A model generated the notes under the pieces. It saw only the letters and a program-made list of their open reading frames with translations. It did no database searches and was not told where the DNA came from. A program made the position numbers and the translations under genes. 64,000 nt of DNA from an uncultured euryarchaeote. Its GTDB lineage: Archaea; Thermoplasmatota; Poseidoniia; Poseidoniales; Poseidoniaceae. The DNA lies in contig CALBRH010000001.1 of assembly GCA_937899865.1 (NCBI GenBank), forward strand, positions 51,562-115,561, written 5' to 3'. Each line of letters starts with the position of its first letter. Position 1 is the first letter of the stretch. This document shows, in pieces, positions 8,831 to 18,795 of the stretch.

Positions 8831-9942
8831 AAGAGAACCCTTTGATTTCAATCACTGTTTGTGTGAGGGATGGTGCACATTGGATAGATGGTTGTTTAGA
8901 GTCTCTAAAAAATCAAACTTACCGACCTCTTGAAATTATTGCAGTGGACGATGGTTCAACAGATGGTTCTAAGGAATGTTTAGAGAAATGGCATAACACT
9001 GAGGATGAAATTCCAGTTTTCGTATATTCTCAAGCTGCTATTGGATTATCAGCGGGTAGAAATTTAGCTGTCGAAAATTCACATGGAGAATGGATTGCGA
9101 TTACCGATATCGATGCAAGGCCGACACAAAATTGGATTACAAATCTGTATGAAAAATCACAGCCTGTCGATGATGGTGAGCAAGTAGTAGCAGTAACAGG
9201 GAGAACAATTTTTGAAAGAGCCGATGATTTAGTCAGCCTATTACGTTCAGTAGAAATAGAATCTAAATATCGCTCAAGACCAAGAAGAACTAGTTTAGCC
9301 AATGGTCCTTGTTCAATGTTTCATCGTTCTTCATTAAATGAAATAGGCGGTTTTGATCCTTCATGGTATCATGCAGAGGATATGGAAGTAAGTTTGAAAT
9401 TAATTGCAAATGGAGGAACGATTGTTTATGCTCCTGAGGCAGTAGTAGCACACGTTCCCGAATCGGGGCGAAAGCGGTTTTTGGACAAGCGTTCCAGAGA
9501 TGCAAGAGCCCATGTCAGGATAATTAGGAAATATCCTAAAAGACGCCGACCAGGTCCAGATTTTGATTTTATCGGAAGTTCAACTATGGTACTTATTGTA
9601 GCACCACTGTGGTTAACTGCATTTTTGATGGTATTACCATTCTTGTATCTTTTTAGTCAAACAGACAGTCTCGGTAGGGAAGAATTTCATACTTGGTGGC
9701 AGACTAAAGTATTGCTAGTCAGCATTTGTTTAATGTTTATTCAAGAACTAATATTGTGGCGAGGGCCGTTAGGAGTAGTAAATCGAACGGCAATATTTCA
9801 CAGCAATAAAAATCGATTTTATGTTTATGTTGCACAAAAATTTCTAATCTTGCAATGGAGTTTAGCATTATGGAAAGGACTAATGCTTGGATGCTATGAT
9901 GCTATTACCAAGAAAAATGGACATGATTTCAAAAAATCATGA
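8827..9942 (+). CDS. Glycosyltransferase family 2 with C-terminal transmembrane helices
   Basis: Motifs SITVCVRDG, AVDDGSTD, ITDID (DxD), GGFD and AEDME, with a hydrophobic C-terminus. The TTG start overlaps the coaD stop. Confidence 0.88.
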   Translation: MKENPLISITVCVRDGAHWIDGCLESLKNQTYRPLEIIAVDDGSTDGSKECLEKWHNTEDEIPVFVYSQAAIGLSAGRNLAVENSHGEWIAITDIDARPTQNWITNLYEKSQPVDDGEQVVAVTGRTIFERADDLVSLLRSVEIESKYRSRPRRTSLANGPCSMFHRSSLNEIGGFDPSWYHAEDMEVSLKLIANGGTIVYAPEAVVAHVPESGRKRFLDKRSRDARAHVRIIRKYPKRRRPGPDFDFIGSSTMVLIVAPLWLTAFLMVLPFLYLFSQTDSLGREEFHTWWQTKVLLVSICLMFIQELILWRGPLGVVNRTAIFHSNKNRFYVYVAQKFLILQWSLALWKGLMLGCYDAITKKNGHDFKKS

Positions 9943-10500
9943 GTTGTTTTCTTCAGGTTGAGGGGAATTTGCTGCATAAACTAAAGCAAATCCAAAAGCC
10001 ATCAGGCCGATGGTGACTGAATAAACTCCAGGGTCAATCCAGCCGGTGGAATTTATTCCGAAGTACAGGTAATTGGCTATACCAAGTAGTAGACACCATG
10101 CACCAAAAGTCTTGAACCAGCCACCCAATTCAGGATTTGCTAGAGACATCCAAGTTTGATTTACAAAGATTGACTTAGCCCAAGCACCTATTCCTCCATC
10201 TTGAGCATTTATTGTTTTGAAGCCCAATGCGGCAAAAAGCCCACAAATCGCTAGAAATACTATGTCGGATACAACGAATGATGGGGCTGTTGAAAGATCT
10301 TCAAATGCTTTGTTAGTTAATTCAAAAGTTAGGACTCCAGACCAAGAAACACGGTAGTTGGGATGAATCTCTCCAAGCAAATTTAGTACTCCTAAGAATA
10401 TACCAAGCATACCTAAACCAACAAACCAATTTGACATGGCCTTTGAAGGGTTTAACAGCATTTGAACAAGTCCATCTTCTGTATTGCTCACTTCGCTCAT
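9937..10500 (-). CDS. Hypothetical integral membrane protein (about 4 TM)
   Basis: Four hydrophobic segments. Start placed at MSEVSN (10500); the track ORF begins at 10554. Confidence 0.65.
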   Translation of the reverse strand: MSEVSNTEDGLVQMLLNPSKAMSNWFVGLGMLGIFLGVLNLLGEIHPNYRVSWSGVLTFELTNKAFEDLSTAPSFVVSDIVFLAICGLFAALGFKTINAQDGGIGAWAKSIFVNQTWMSLANPELGGWFKTFGAWCLLLGIANYLYFGINSTGWIDPGVYSVTIGLMAFGFALVYAANSPQPEENNS

Positions 10501-10559
10501 GCGTCGCCCACCTGCCATGTGATTATAAGTACACCGAACCAAAAAAATCCTCAAAATCC

Positions 10560-11801
10560 TTACAATCTTGTTTGATATTTGTAAGTGCCATTGAATATAT
10601 TCTCTAGTTCAGGCTCAGCTTCAGACATAATTGTTACTGGATTGATATTTTGCGGTATGCAGGAATTGATTTCCTTTGACCTACCATATCTACCTTTACT
10701 GATTGTTCTTGCCGTAATTAGTCCTAGCATGTCCAAACTTGAAATTAAACCTGAAACTCTACGCTGAGTTAGTGCATTGGTTCCAAGATGACGGCAGGCT
10801 TGTGAATAAATAGAGTATACTTCTCCAGTTTGAATATTTTTCAAACCATTCTTTTCATTGATTAAGATGGCTCCTAAAACGATCTTTTGTTGGTTTGGTA
10901 ATTTGGCAATTACTGGAGTCATTTGGTCAGCTTCTATTTGATGCTGAGCAATTTTCACATGATTTTGTTCAACCTTTTCTGAACCGCTAAGTTCAGCTTT
11001 TTCCGTAGATACTCTCAACAAATCAAGAGCACACCTTGCATCACCATGTTCTTGTGCCGCTAAAGCAGCACACATTTCTATTACTCCATCTCCAATCACT
11101 CCATCATGTAAAGCAATCTTGACTCTTTCACGCAAGATATCTTGTAGTTGCTGCGCATCATATGGATTGAATATTACATCAAGTTGTCCAAGCCTAGATC
11201 TCACTCTCGGGTCGAGGAAATCAGTGAACTTGAGGTCATTAGAGATTCCAATAACACAAGAGCGAGCTTTTTTCAACGAGGAATTAAGATTAGTAAGATT
11301 GTATAGCAAATCGTCTCCAACCTTCCTAACTAAGTGATCGATTTCATCAAGTACAATAATGAATACACCTTGTCTTGAATCCATTCTTTTAACAAGTTCA
11401 CTAAACACTCTATCAGTAGGCCATCCAGTAAAAGGAATTTCATCAATTTCATGGTCTTCTAATAGTGAATTTCCAATGTGGCTAAGGACCCTATACTGTG
11501 TGTCAATCTGTCGGCAGTTGACAATAACTGTTTGTACTGAACGGTTAAGTTGTTTACCTTTATCTTCAAGTTGACTACAAACATAGTTTGTGACTGCAGT
11601 TTTTCCCGCACCAGTAACACCATACAATGTCATATTAGATGGAATATGTCCTTTCAGTGCTTCAACAAGATTGAACGATAAAGTATCGATCTCATTTTTT
11701 CTATGTGGTAATTTACTGGGGTTGTAATTGTGACGTAAGAACTCTTTGTTTTGGAACAGGGTTTTTTTAGACAGATAACCATCGAATATGTTTTCTGTCA
11801 T
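10560..11801 (-). CDS. cdc6: Orc1/Cdc6 replication initiator
   Basis: Motifs LPHR, Walker A GVTGAGKT, Walker B IIVLDEIDHL, RVRSRLG, PYDAQQLQDIL, HGDARCALDLL and a C-terminal wH (GRYGRSKEI). Start is 11801 or 11816. Confidence 0.95.
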   Translation of the reverse strand: MTENIFDGYLSKKTLFQNKEFLRHNYNPSKLPHRKNEIDTLSFNLVEALKGHIPSNMTLYGVTGAGKTAVTNYVCSQLEDKGKQLNRSVQTVIVNCRQIDTQYRVLSHIGNSLLEDHEIDEIPFTGWPTDRVFSELVKRMDSRQGVFIIVLDEIDHLVRKVGDDLLYNLTNLNSSLKKARSCVIGISNDLKFTDFLDPRVRSRLGQLDVIFNPYDAQQLQDILRERVKIALHDGVIGDGVIEMCAALAAQEHGDARCALDLLRVSTEKAELSGSEKVEQNHVKIAQHQIEADQMTPVIAKLPNQQKIVLGAILINEKNGLKNIQTGEVYSIYSQACRHLGTNALTQRRVSGLISSLDMLGLITARTISKGRYGRSKEINSCIPQNINPVTIMSEAEPELENIFNGTYKYQTRL

Positions 11802-11954
11802 TCCTCTGTCCTCCATTTAGCATCTCAACCCGGCTGGCCGGGAAAAGCGCGATGAACCTCCCAGTCCGAGTCCCCCTCATAAGCATACCTTTGACAAAAA
11901 CTTTCACAATCTTATTTGTGTAATAATTAATGAAAAAAAGATAATTGAAATATG

Positions 11955-12794
11955 TTAGAAAAACCATTTCCCATTCCAGTTAATTACATACTTATCTTGT
12001 GCATGTAAAACATTGCTCGGATGGTTTGGAAATTCATTTGAGGTTATGGTTGGGTGTTGTGAATTCTTGCAATCAATAAATGTATGAGTAATAATGAAAT
12101 TAGTGTTTGGATATTGTTCGCTAAGCGCTTGTATATCGGATGGCTTGTGATGCTCATCACTTGGCACCCATTCTGGAATTCCCATTTCAATAATTGCCAA
12201 ATCAGTCTTACTTATTGCATCATATAGAGGCTCACAAGGTCCAGAGTCGCCACTATGAACAAATTTCGCTCCACTAGAAGATTCAAAACTATAGCCAAAA
12301 GGATCCACTGCATCATTATGATTTACTTCAAATCTGTTCCAACTCCATCCATCAGTAGTTACTCCTTGAGAATTTTCATTCCAAGTAATTTTTGAAAGAA
12401 TATTTTCTAGTGATCCAGGATAAGCTATTTCACATAGATGCTCAATTTTCTTACGAGCACCAGGTGCTGCAACAATTGTTAAGCACTTTTGAAATTCTCG
12501 ATCCGAAATATAAGTTCTTTCAAGCAATAAAAAAGGTAATCCAAAAACATGATCTCCGTGAAGGTGAGTGATGAAAATCGTCTCGATATCGTCTACTTTA
12601 ATGCCATTTTCTCGTAGTGAAAGTAATGCAGTAGGGGGAGCGTCTATGATATGCTTCTTATCAAAAATAGCAAATGAATGGTGCCTTCCATTAGGCAGAA
12701 ATGCATTGCCGGTTCCGAGCATAATGATTTCATGCGCCATGGTTGCGGGGATACTCACTAGGCTTTGGCTTAATTGGTCATTCATGAATGTCAA
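11955..12794 (-). CDS. MBL-fold metallo-hydrolase, RNase Z-like
   Basis: Motifs LGTGNA, IDAPP, THLHGDH (HxHxDH), HSGDSGPC, EHH and THT. The start is uncertain and may be 12740. Confidence 0.8.
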   Translation of the reverse strand: MTFMNDQLSQSLVSIPATMAHEIIMLGTGNAFLPNGRHHSFAIFDKKHIIDAPPTALLSLRENGIKVDDIETIFITHLHGDHVFGLPFLLLERTYISDREFQKCLTIVAAPGARKKIEHLCEIAYPGSLENILSKITWNENSQGVTTDGWSWNRFEVNHNDAVDPFGYSFESSSGAKFVHSGDSGPCEPLYDAISKTDLAIIEMGIPEWVPSDEHHKPSDIQALSEQYPNTNFIITHTFIDCKNSQHPTITSNEFPNHPSNVLHAQDKYVINWNGKWFF

Positions 12795-12873
12795 TTTAAT
12801 CAGTTGATAGATTTCCGAACCTTCAATTACTTTCGATTTGAGGGCATATTAGTTCGAGAGACTAGGTGTTGTC

Positions 12874-14139
12874 ATGTCCGGTGCAGCAAAAAGTGAGTGG
12901 AGTGCAAAAAACCCATATTATACCAACATTACAGAAAATTACATTTTGAATGGAGAAGGCTCCAAGAAAGAAACTCGTCATGTAGTATTTGCTCTTGGTG
13001 ATTCAGGTCTCGATTATAAGGTCGGTGATGCACTTGGCGTGATTCCCGAGAATCCACCCCATATTGTTGATGAATTAATCGAGGCGCAAGGGTGGGATAA
13101 AGACTCAATTGTTACTACTCATAACGGTGAAAGAACTCTTTATGAGGCACTGAAAAAAGACTTTGAAGTTCATATGGCAAGTAAGAAATTTGTACAATCA
13201 CTTGCTCAAAAAGTAGTCGCCAGTGGTATAAAAATCAATGTCAAAATGGTATCAAGGAGTAGAGGTGATGCTATATGGAATGCAAGTGAAAATGAACCCT
13301 TGCCTCCGGAACTCAAACCTAGCGCTCCTTCAGATGACCCAGCAGATAAAGTGGAGCATTTGAATACAGATGAGAAAGCGATGGAGGATTATCTTTGGAC
13401 GCGAGATTATGTCGACATTATGAGAGAATTTGATGCCAAATATTCGCCAGAAGAATTTTTTGAACTTGCAGGTAGAGTAAAGCCAAGATTGTATTCAATT
13501 GCTTCTTCTCATGATGCTCACCCAGGCCTTGTTGAATTAACCGTAGGTATAGTTAGATTCAGTTATCATGGTCGAAATAGAGGTGGCCTTTGTACTCAAT
13601 TTATGGCTGATGAAATTGGAAATAGTGATCAAAAAGTAGGAGTCTTCATGTCTCCAACAAAGTCATTTGTTTTACCAGAAGACAAAGATATTGACATTAT
13701 CATGGTTGGCCCAGGTACTGGAATTGCCCCATTTAGAGCTTTTATGGAACAAAGAGTATTTGATGGTGGTAATGGTAGGAACTGGTTATTCTTTGGCGAC
13801 CAATCATCTAAAACAGAATTTTATTACAAAGATGCTATAGAATCATGGTTGGATAGTGGAGACTTGTATCGTTTTACTACTGCATGGTCTAGAGATCAAG
13901 CAGAAAAAATCTATGTTCAACACAGGCTAAAAGAACACGGTGCTGAAGTATGGGAATGGTTCGAAAATGGAGCATATTTCTACATTTGTGGCGATAAGAC
14001 ATACATGGCTAAAGATGTACATCGTGCACTTATTGAGATTGCAATTGAGCATGGAGGCATGTCGGAAGCTGATGCAACACATTTCATTGAAAAGACAATG
14101 ATGAAAGAACAAAAGCGTTACCTACGGGATGTTTATTGA
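12874..14139 (+). CDS. CysJ-like FAD/NADPH-binding reductase lacking the flavodoxin domain
   Basis: Motifs KNPY...KKETRH, YKVGDALGVIPEN, PRLYSIASS, GLCTQF, MVGPGTGIAPFRAF, AWSRDQAEKIYVQ, YICGD and RYLRDVY. Confidence 0.85.
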   Translation: MSGAAKSEWSAKNPYYTNITENYILNGEGSKKETRHVVFALGDSGLDYKVGDALGVIPENPPHIVDELIEAQGWDKDSIVTTHNGERTLYEALKKDFEVHMASKKFVQSLAQKVVASGIKINVKMVSRSRGDAIWNASENEPLPPELKPSAPSDDPADKVEHLNTDEKAMEDYLWTRDYVDIMREFDAKYSPEEFFELAGRVKPRLYSIASSHDAHPGLVELTVGIVRFSYHGRNRGGLCTQFMADEIGNSDQKVGVFMSPTKSFVLPEDKDIDIIMVGPGTGIAPFRAFMEQRVFDGGNGRNWLFFGDQSSKTEFYYKDAIESWLDSGDLYRFTTAWSRDQAEKIYVQHRLKEHGAEVWEWFENGAYFYICGDKTYMAKDVHRALIEIAIEHGGMSEADATHFIEKTMMKEQKRYLRDVY

Positions 14140-14610
14140 TTACAAACCCTCTGTTGGCAAATCAACTCTTGTTACAGGAATTTGCAAATCCTCTGCAATA
14201 TCAATCATTCGTTTTGTCCAAACCGAATCAGGTCCGGGAAATGCCAACATATGGGTGGCATGCTCTAACATTTCTTTTGCTAATGTTGCTACTGCTTGGG
14301 GTCTACCGCTGTCAAGTTCAGAATTCGGTCGAGGACTTTGCCATGCCTCACTATAAACCGCTAAAGGAATATTCTGATTATCTGCCCATCTTTCTGCTAA
14401 GTAGTCAACACCACTGGCTCCACCAATAATTATCATGTCGGGGTAAGTGTACAACTCAACCCAATTGTCTAGTTGGTTTTCAAGCCAAGAGTAATCATAA
14501 AATTTTGAATTACCACAAATCACCAAATTTATGATTTTGCCGTCTCTATTGAGATCTCTACCACCTAACTCGGCGACAACTTGGGCGCCGGATTTATCTG
14601 CTCGTACCAT
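14140..14610 (-). CDS. SLOG-superfamily (DUF2493/YspA-like) protein
   Basis: LVICGNSKFYDY...IIIGGASGVDYLAERWA...LAFPGPDSVWTKRMI matches the DUF2493 pattern. Confidence 0.7.
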   Translation of the reverse strand: MVRADKSGAQVVAELGGRDLNRDGKIINLVICGNSKFYDYSWLENQLDNWVELYTYPDMIIIGGASGVDYLAERWADNQNIPLAVYSEAWQSPRPNSELDSGRPQAVATLAKEMLEHATHMLAFPGPDSVWTKRMIDIAEDLQIPVTRVDLPTEGL

Positions 14611-14790
14611 ATTATTCCATCACTATCCTATGATATTAATATATTCAATAAAGAGTACAATAATGTATGAAATCTTCCTAAATTTGACCTTTTTCCGGTA
14701 CAAATCACTGGAAATCAGTAATCAAAAAATCAAACTAAATACAAAAAATCAACCGTTTTACTCATAGAATACCGATGTTTACATTCAATT

Positions 14791-16131
14791 ATGGGATTCA
14801 ATCGAGTCTTGATTGCTAACCGTGGCGAAATCGCCTTGAGGATTCTGCGAACTCTTAGAGATATGGGGATTGAAGCAGCGATAATTCATGGTAAAGAAGA
14901 TAGATTATCCTTGCCAGTAATGATGTCTGATATCGCTTATCCAAATTATTGTTCAAATCCGCTTGATTCGTATTTGGATATTGAAGCGGTTGTTAATGCT
15001 GCCAAAGAACTTCAGTGCGATGCAGTACATCCAGGATATGGCTTCTTAGCAGAGAATGCTCATTTTGTTAAGCGCTTAACAGAAGAAGGTATCACCTTTA
15101 TTGGCCCATCAAGTGACGTGATAACTCTTCTTGGTGACAAGATAGAGGCTAGGGCTGCTATGGAGAGCGCGGGATTACCGGTTGCCAAAGGTTCATCTGA
15201 ACCAATTTCCGATCAAAAAGTTGCTAGTAAATTAGCAGATGAAATAGGCTATCCAGTCATTATCAAGGCGGCAGCTGGTGGCGGTGGAATAGGCATGCAA
15301 ATAGTTGAAGAAGAATCACAATTTGCTAGTGCTCTCAAACTTTGTATGTCTAGGGCCAAATCAGCATTTGGAGATGAAAGAGTCTTTGTAGAGAAGTATA
15401 TTCAAGGCGCTCAACACGTAGAGTTCCAAGTACTTGCTGATGGAAAACGAGCAATACATTTTGGAGAGAGATTTTGTTCAATTCAGAGAAGGCATCAAAA
15501 ACTCGTTGAAGAAGGTCCTTGGCTAACTGATGAAAAGCGTGCAGAAATAGGTGAGTTAGTATGCAAAGGTGCAGAATCTGTAGGTTACAAAGGACTTGCA
15601 ACATTTGAATTCCTAAGGGATGCAAATGGCGACTTCTATTTTTTGGAAGTTAACCCAAGAGTGCAAGTCGAGCACACAGTAACTGAATTAATCACTGGTT
15701 ACAACTTGGTAGAACTTGGAATTAGAGTAGCACAGGGTGAAGAATTACCGTTATCTCAGTCGGACATTAAATGGCGAGGGCATGCAATTCAATGCCGATT
15801 AAATGCTGAAGATCCCAAGGAGTTTGTTCCGAGTCCTGGTCGATTATGGGATTGCCATTTCCCATCTGGATTTGGTATAAGGTGCGATACACATGCACAT
15901 CCTGGTTACGAAATGCCAGGCTGTTTTGATTCATTATTAGCGAAACTATTGACTTGGGGCCATGATAGAGATGATGCCATTAGAAGGATGCGCACAGCTC
16001 TTGATGAAACCCAAATAACTGGGGTACAACACCTAATTCCTCTTCATCGAAGAATAATGGATGAAAAAGACTTTTTGAATCGAGATGTTACTATACAGTA
16101 TATTGACAATCACCAAGAATTACTAGGATGA
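14791..16131 (+). CDS. accC: Biotin carboxylase subunit of an acyl-CoA or pyruvate carboxylase
   Basis: Motifs VLIANRGEIALR, HPGYGFLAEN, IKAAAGGGGIGM, ERFCSIQRRHQKLVEE, FLEVNPRVQVEH and RLNAEDP. Confidence 0.92.
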   Translation: MGFNRVLIANRGEIALRILRTLRDMGIEAAIIHGKEDRLSLPVMMSDIAYPNYCSNPLDSYLDIEAVVNAAKELQCDAVHPGYGFLAENAHFVKRLTEEGITFIGPSSDVITLLGDKIEARAAMESAGLPVAKGSSEPISDQKVASKLADEIGYPVIIKAAAGGGGIGMQIVEEESQFASALKLCMSRAKSAFGDERVFVEKYIQGAQHVEFQVLADGKRAIHFGERFCSIQRRHQKLVEEGPWLTDEKRAEIGELVCKGAESVGYKGLATFEFLRDANGDFYFLEVNPRVQVEHTVTELITGYNLVELGIRVAQGEELPLSQSDIKWRGHAIQCRLNAEDPKEFVPSPGRLWDCHFPSGFGIRCDTHAHPGYEMPGCFDSLLAKLLTWGHDRDDAIRRMRTALDETQITGVQHLIPLHRRIMDEKDFLNRDVTIQYIDNHQELLG

Positions 16132-16132
16132 G

Positions 16133-17062
16133 GTGATTACTTTGGATATTCTTATGGTTGGAAGTATTGCATATGATAGCGTGACATCACCTGCTGGAAC
16201 TGTTGAGAATGCTTTAGGGGGTTCAGCAGTATATGCTGGCATTGCAAGTCGATTTCATGGAAATTATCTTGATCTTGAAAAGATTGGTTTAGTTGGCGTA
16301 GTTGGTCAAGATTTCCGTTCCGAAGACATTGCAATGTTGGAATCTCAAGGTTTAGATTTGAGTGGTCTAGAGGTTGCAGAAGGTAAGACATTCCGTTGGG
16401 AGGGCTCATATCATGGAGATATGGGCGTTGCAAAAACTCATGATACACAATTGAATGTATTTGGTGATTTTGATCCAAAAGTTCCATCAGAATCAACGAC
16501 TCCAAAAGTATTGTTTTGCGCTAATCTTGTACCCATGCTTCAATCAAAAGTCCTTCAGCAAGCGAAAGGAACTCGAATATCAATGTTAGATTCGATGAAT
16601 CTTTGGATTGAGATTGCTAAAGATGATTTATTAGCGGTAATGAAAAGTGTAGATTTGATTATTATTAATGATGGAGAAGTTAGAATGCTTGCTCAAGATG
16701 ACAATTTGATAAGAGCATCAAGGGCATTAATCAAGATAGTAGGCTGTCAAACATTAATTATCAAAAAAGGAGAAAACGGTGTTGTAGCATTCCATGATGA
16801 TGAAATCATATCATTACCAGCATACCCCACCGAGAATGTGGTTGACCCTACTGGTTGTGGCGATTCCTTTGCGGGTACAATAGCCGCTTTCTTAGCATCA
16901 AATGAAGGCATCATTAGCCGTGAAGAGTTAAGAGAGGCGCTAATTAGGGCAACCGTTACTGCAAGTTTCACGCTAGAATCATTTGGAACATCAGGTTTGT
17001 TAAATTTAACCAATGATATGTTCAATTCAAGACTTATTGAATTTGAAGGAATACTAAATTGA
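16133..17062 (+). CDS. PfkB-family carbohydrate/nucleoside kinase
   Basis: Motifs VGSIAYD, LGGSAVY, INDGE, IKKGENG and DPTGCGDSFAG (PfkB signature). Confidence 0.9.
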   Translation: MITLDILMVGSIAYDSVTSPAGTVENALGGSAVYAGIASRFHGNYLDLEKIGLVGVVGQDFRSEDIAMLESQGLDLSGLEVAEGKTFRWEGSYHGDMGVAKTHDTQLNVFGDFDPKVPSESTTPKVLFCANLVPMLQSKVLQQAKGTRISMLDSMNLWIEIAKDDLLAVMKSVDLIIINDGEVRMLAQDDNLIRASRALIKIVGCQTLIIKKGENGVVAFHDDEIISLPAYPTENVVDPTGCGDSFAGTIAAFLASNEGIISREELREALIRATVTASFTLESFGTSGLLNLTNDMFNSRLIEFEGILN

Positions 17063-18703
17063 TTACAAGTCAATTCTTGGTAATCCACCCTTACCCGCAG
17101 TTGAATTTTTATGAGTCTCTGAATCGATTAATTCAGTCCAAGAAAGCTCATCATTAGATTCAGCAAATTCTTGTTCATTTTGCTCAATTAAAGCCTTTCT
17201 TCGTCGGACATTCTCTTCTAATTCTCTTGCTTTTTCATCTGGAATTAGTCCACCCTGTGCTAAATTACGAAATGTCTCAAGCTCATCTTGTTGTGCTTCA
17301 TCAGCACGCTCTCTTAGATTGGGGTTAGGCTGGTTACTTTCTTCTAAGGTATTGATAATACGATTGGAGATTGAAGTGCCTAAATCTCTAACAGCATTGC
17401 TGATTGATGGTACTAAGCGCCCTCTTCGTTGATTACTGTGATTATTTGGCTTTCTTCGTTTAATCAATCTAGAATTGTTCGAAGAGTTTTTCTTTCTCAA
17501 TCGTGAATTTTGGTTTAGCGGCATTTTTTCAGACACAGGCCTGATAGGATTTGATTCTCTTCTAGCGCTTGCTACAAGTGATTCAATTGTGTTTCCTTCA
17601 AGATCAATATTACCTAGTAAAGTATCAGGAGAATTAAATCCAGTTAAGTCTGTAGATACAGATTCATCATTTGATTCATTTGGATTGTGATAGCCATCTT
17701 TGTTCCAAAAGCTCGGCAATAAATTAGGCATCTGTGCTGGACCAGCCTCATTTGCTTGAGTAGACTCGATGTGTGATAATAATCCTGTATTTGGTGATTG
17801 ATTAATAGGTAATTGATTACGAGCCTCTTCTGCAACTTTTGGTAAATCTAGATCAAGTTGGTTGAACATCGACATTGGATGGCTATCTTCGCGCCCTCGG
17901 CGGTCTCCAACATTGTTTATTCCCCTTTCAATGAGAGAGTTTCCATTGATTGAAGGCATTCGTTCCCTTCTTTCATTTGCCATATCTTGCCAACTCGGAG
18001 TATTATTTTGGGGAGTTTGTATAGGTGGCTGTATAGGCGGCATTTGAGAATCAAAAATACTCATATCCATGACAGGTATACTTTCAGGTTCTGGTGCAAC
18101 CGATTCTGCAATGTCACTCGATAGGAATGTTGCAATTGATTCTGGTCTTGTTACTACAGCAATTTCAACAGGCACCTCATTGTTCTCAAGAATCGAGTTT
18201 CTTGGATATTGTGCATCACTTTCTAGAATCTCTAAACCGTCAGCAGCCTCTTCGAGCGAGAATCCCTTTTGTAATTTCAATAGAATCGTGTTGAGTTTCA
18301 ATAGTGAGAAATCATTGCCAGTAATCACATGACAATCACCAGCATCGGTATCAATTGTTAATGTCGGCTTACGGGTTACAGCCCATCCAATGATTAGACT
18401 TAATCCACCAAGTAGAGTAAAAATTTGTAGTGAAGAAGTCGCAAAAATCCTAACACTAGACCAAACCAACGCAAGTCCAATTATTGCAATATAGCCAGGA
18501 ACGAGTCTTGTATGATGATGTTGGACTCTATTGATTGAGTGGATTTTAATGTCTAAGCCATGGCCAGATTTTGCTTCTAAACTTAGCATTCTTTCATCAA
18601 TATTTGCTACAACTTTGCCTGACGCACCATCGAGGTATAGCGAGTCGATTTTTACATCATTTGACTCTGCCGATGAATATGCTACGCGACTTGTTGAATG
18701 CAT
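17063..18703 (-). CDS. Hypothetical protein: N-terminal 2-TM domain and long low-complexity tail
   Basis: Long ORF with a hydrophobic hairpin near residues 70-110 and a P/N/S/E/R-rich C-terminal region. No family recognised. Confidence 0.65.
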   Translation of the reverse strand: MHSTSRVAYSSAESNDVKIDSLYLDGASGKVVANIDERMLSLEAKSGHGLDIKIHSINRVQHHHTRLVPGYIAIIGLALVWSSVRIFATSSLQIFTLLGGLSLIIGWAVTRKPTLTIDTDAGDCHVITGNDFSLLKLNTILLKLQKGFSLEEAADGLEILESDAQYPRNSILENNEVPVEIAVVTRPESIATFLSSDIAESVAPEPESIPVMDMSIFDSQMPPIQPPIQTPQNNTPSWQDMANERRERMPSINGNSLIERGINNVGDRRGREDSHPMSMFNQLDLDLPKVAEEARNQLPINQSPNTGLLSHIESTQANEAGPAQMPNLLPSFWNKDGYHNPNESNDESVSTDLTGFNSPDTLLGNIDLEGNTIESLVASARRESNPIRPVSEKMPLNQNSRLRKKNSSNNSRLIKRRKPNNHSNQRRGRLVPSISNAVRDLGTSISNRIINTLEESNQPNPNLRERADEAQQDELETFRNLAQGGLIPDEKARELEENVRRRKALIEQNEQEFAESNDELSWTELIDSETHKNSTAGKGGLPRIDL

Positions 18704-18795
18704 CCCAGTATCTCAAGCAAACTGTGTAGGTTAAGAAACCACCGCAAATTTACTCCAAAAAAAGCCCAGTTTTATGGGAGTAAAATTTTGCCGAA

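Noticed and set aside
12874-14139. BoxA (benzoyl-CoA oxygenase reductase) assignment
   Set aside because: It has no ferredoxin Cys motifs and its motifs match the CysJ/P450-reductase FAD-NADPH module.
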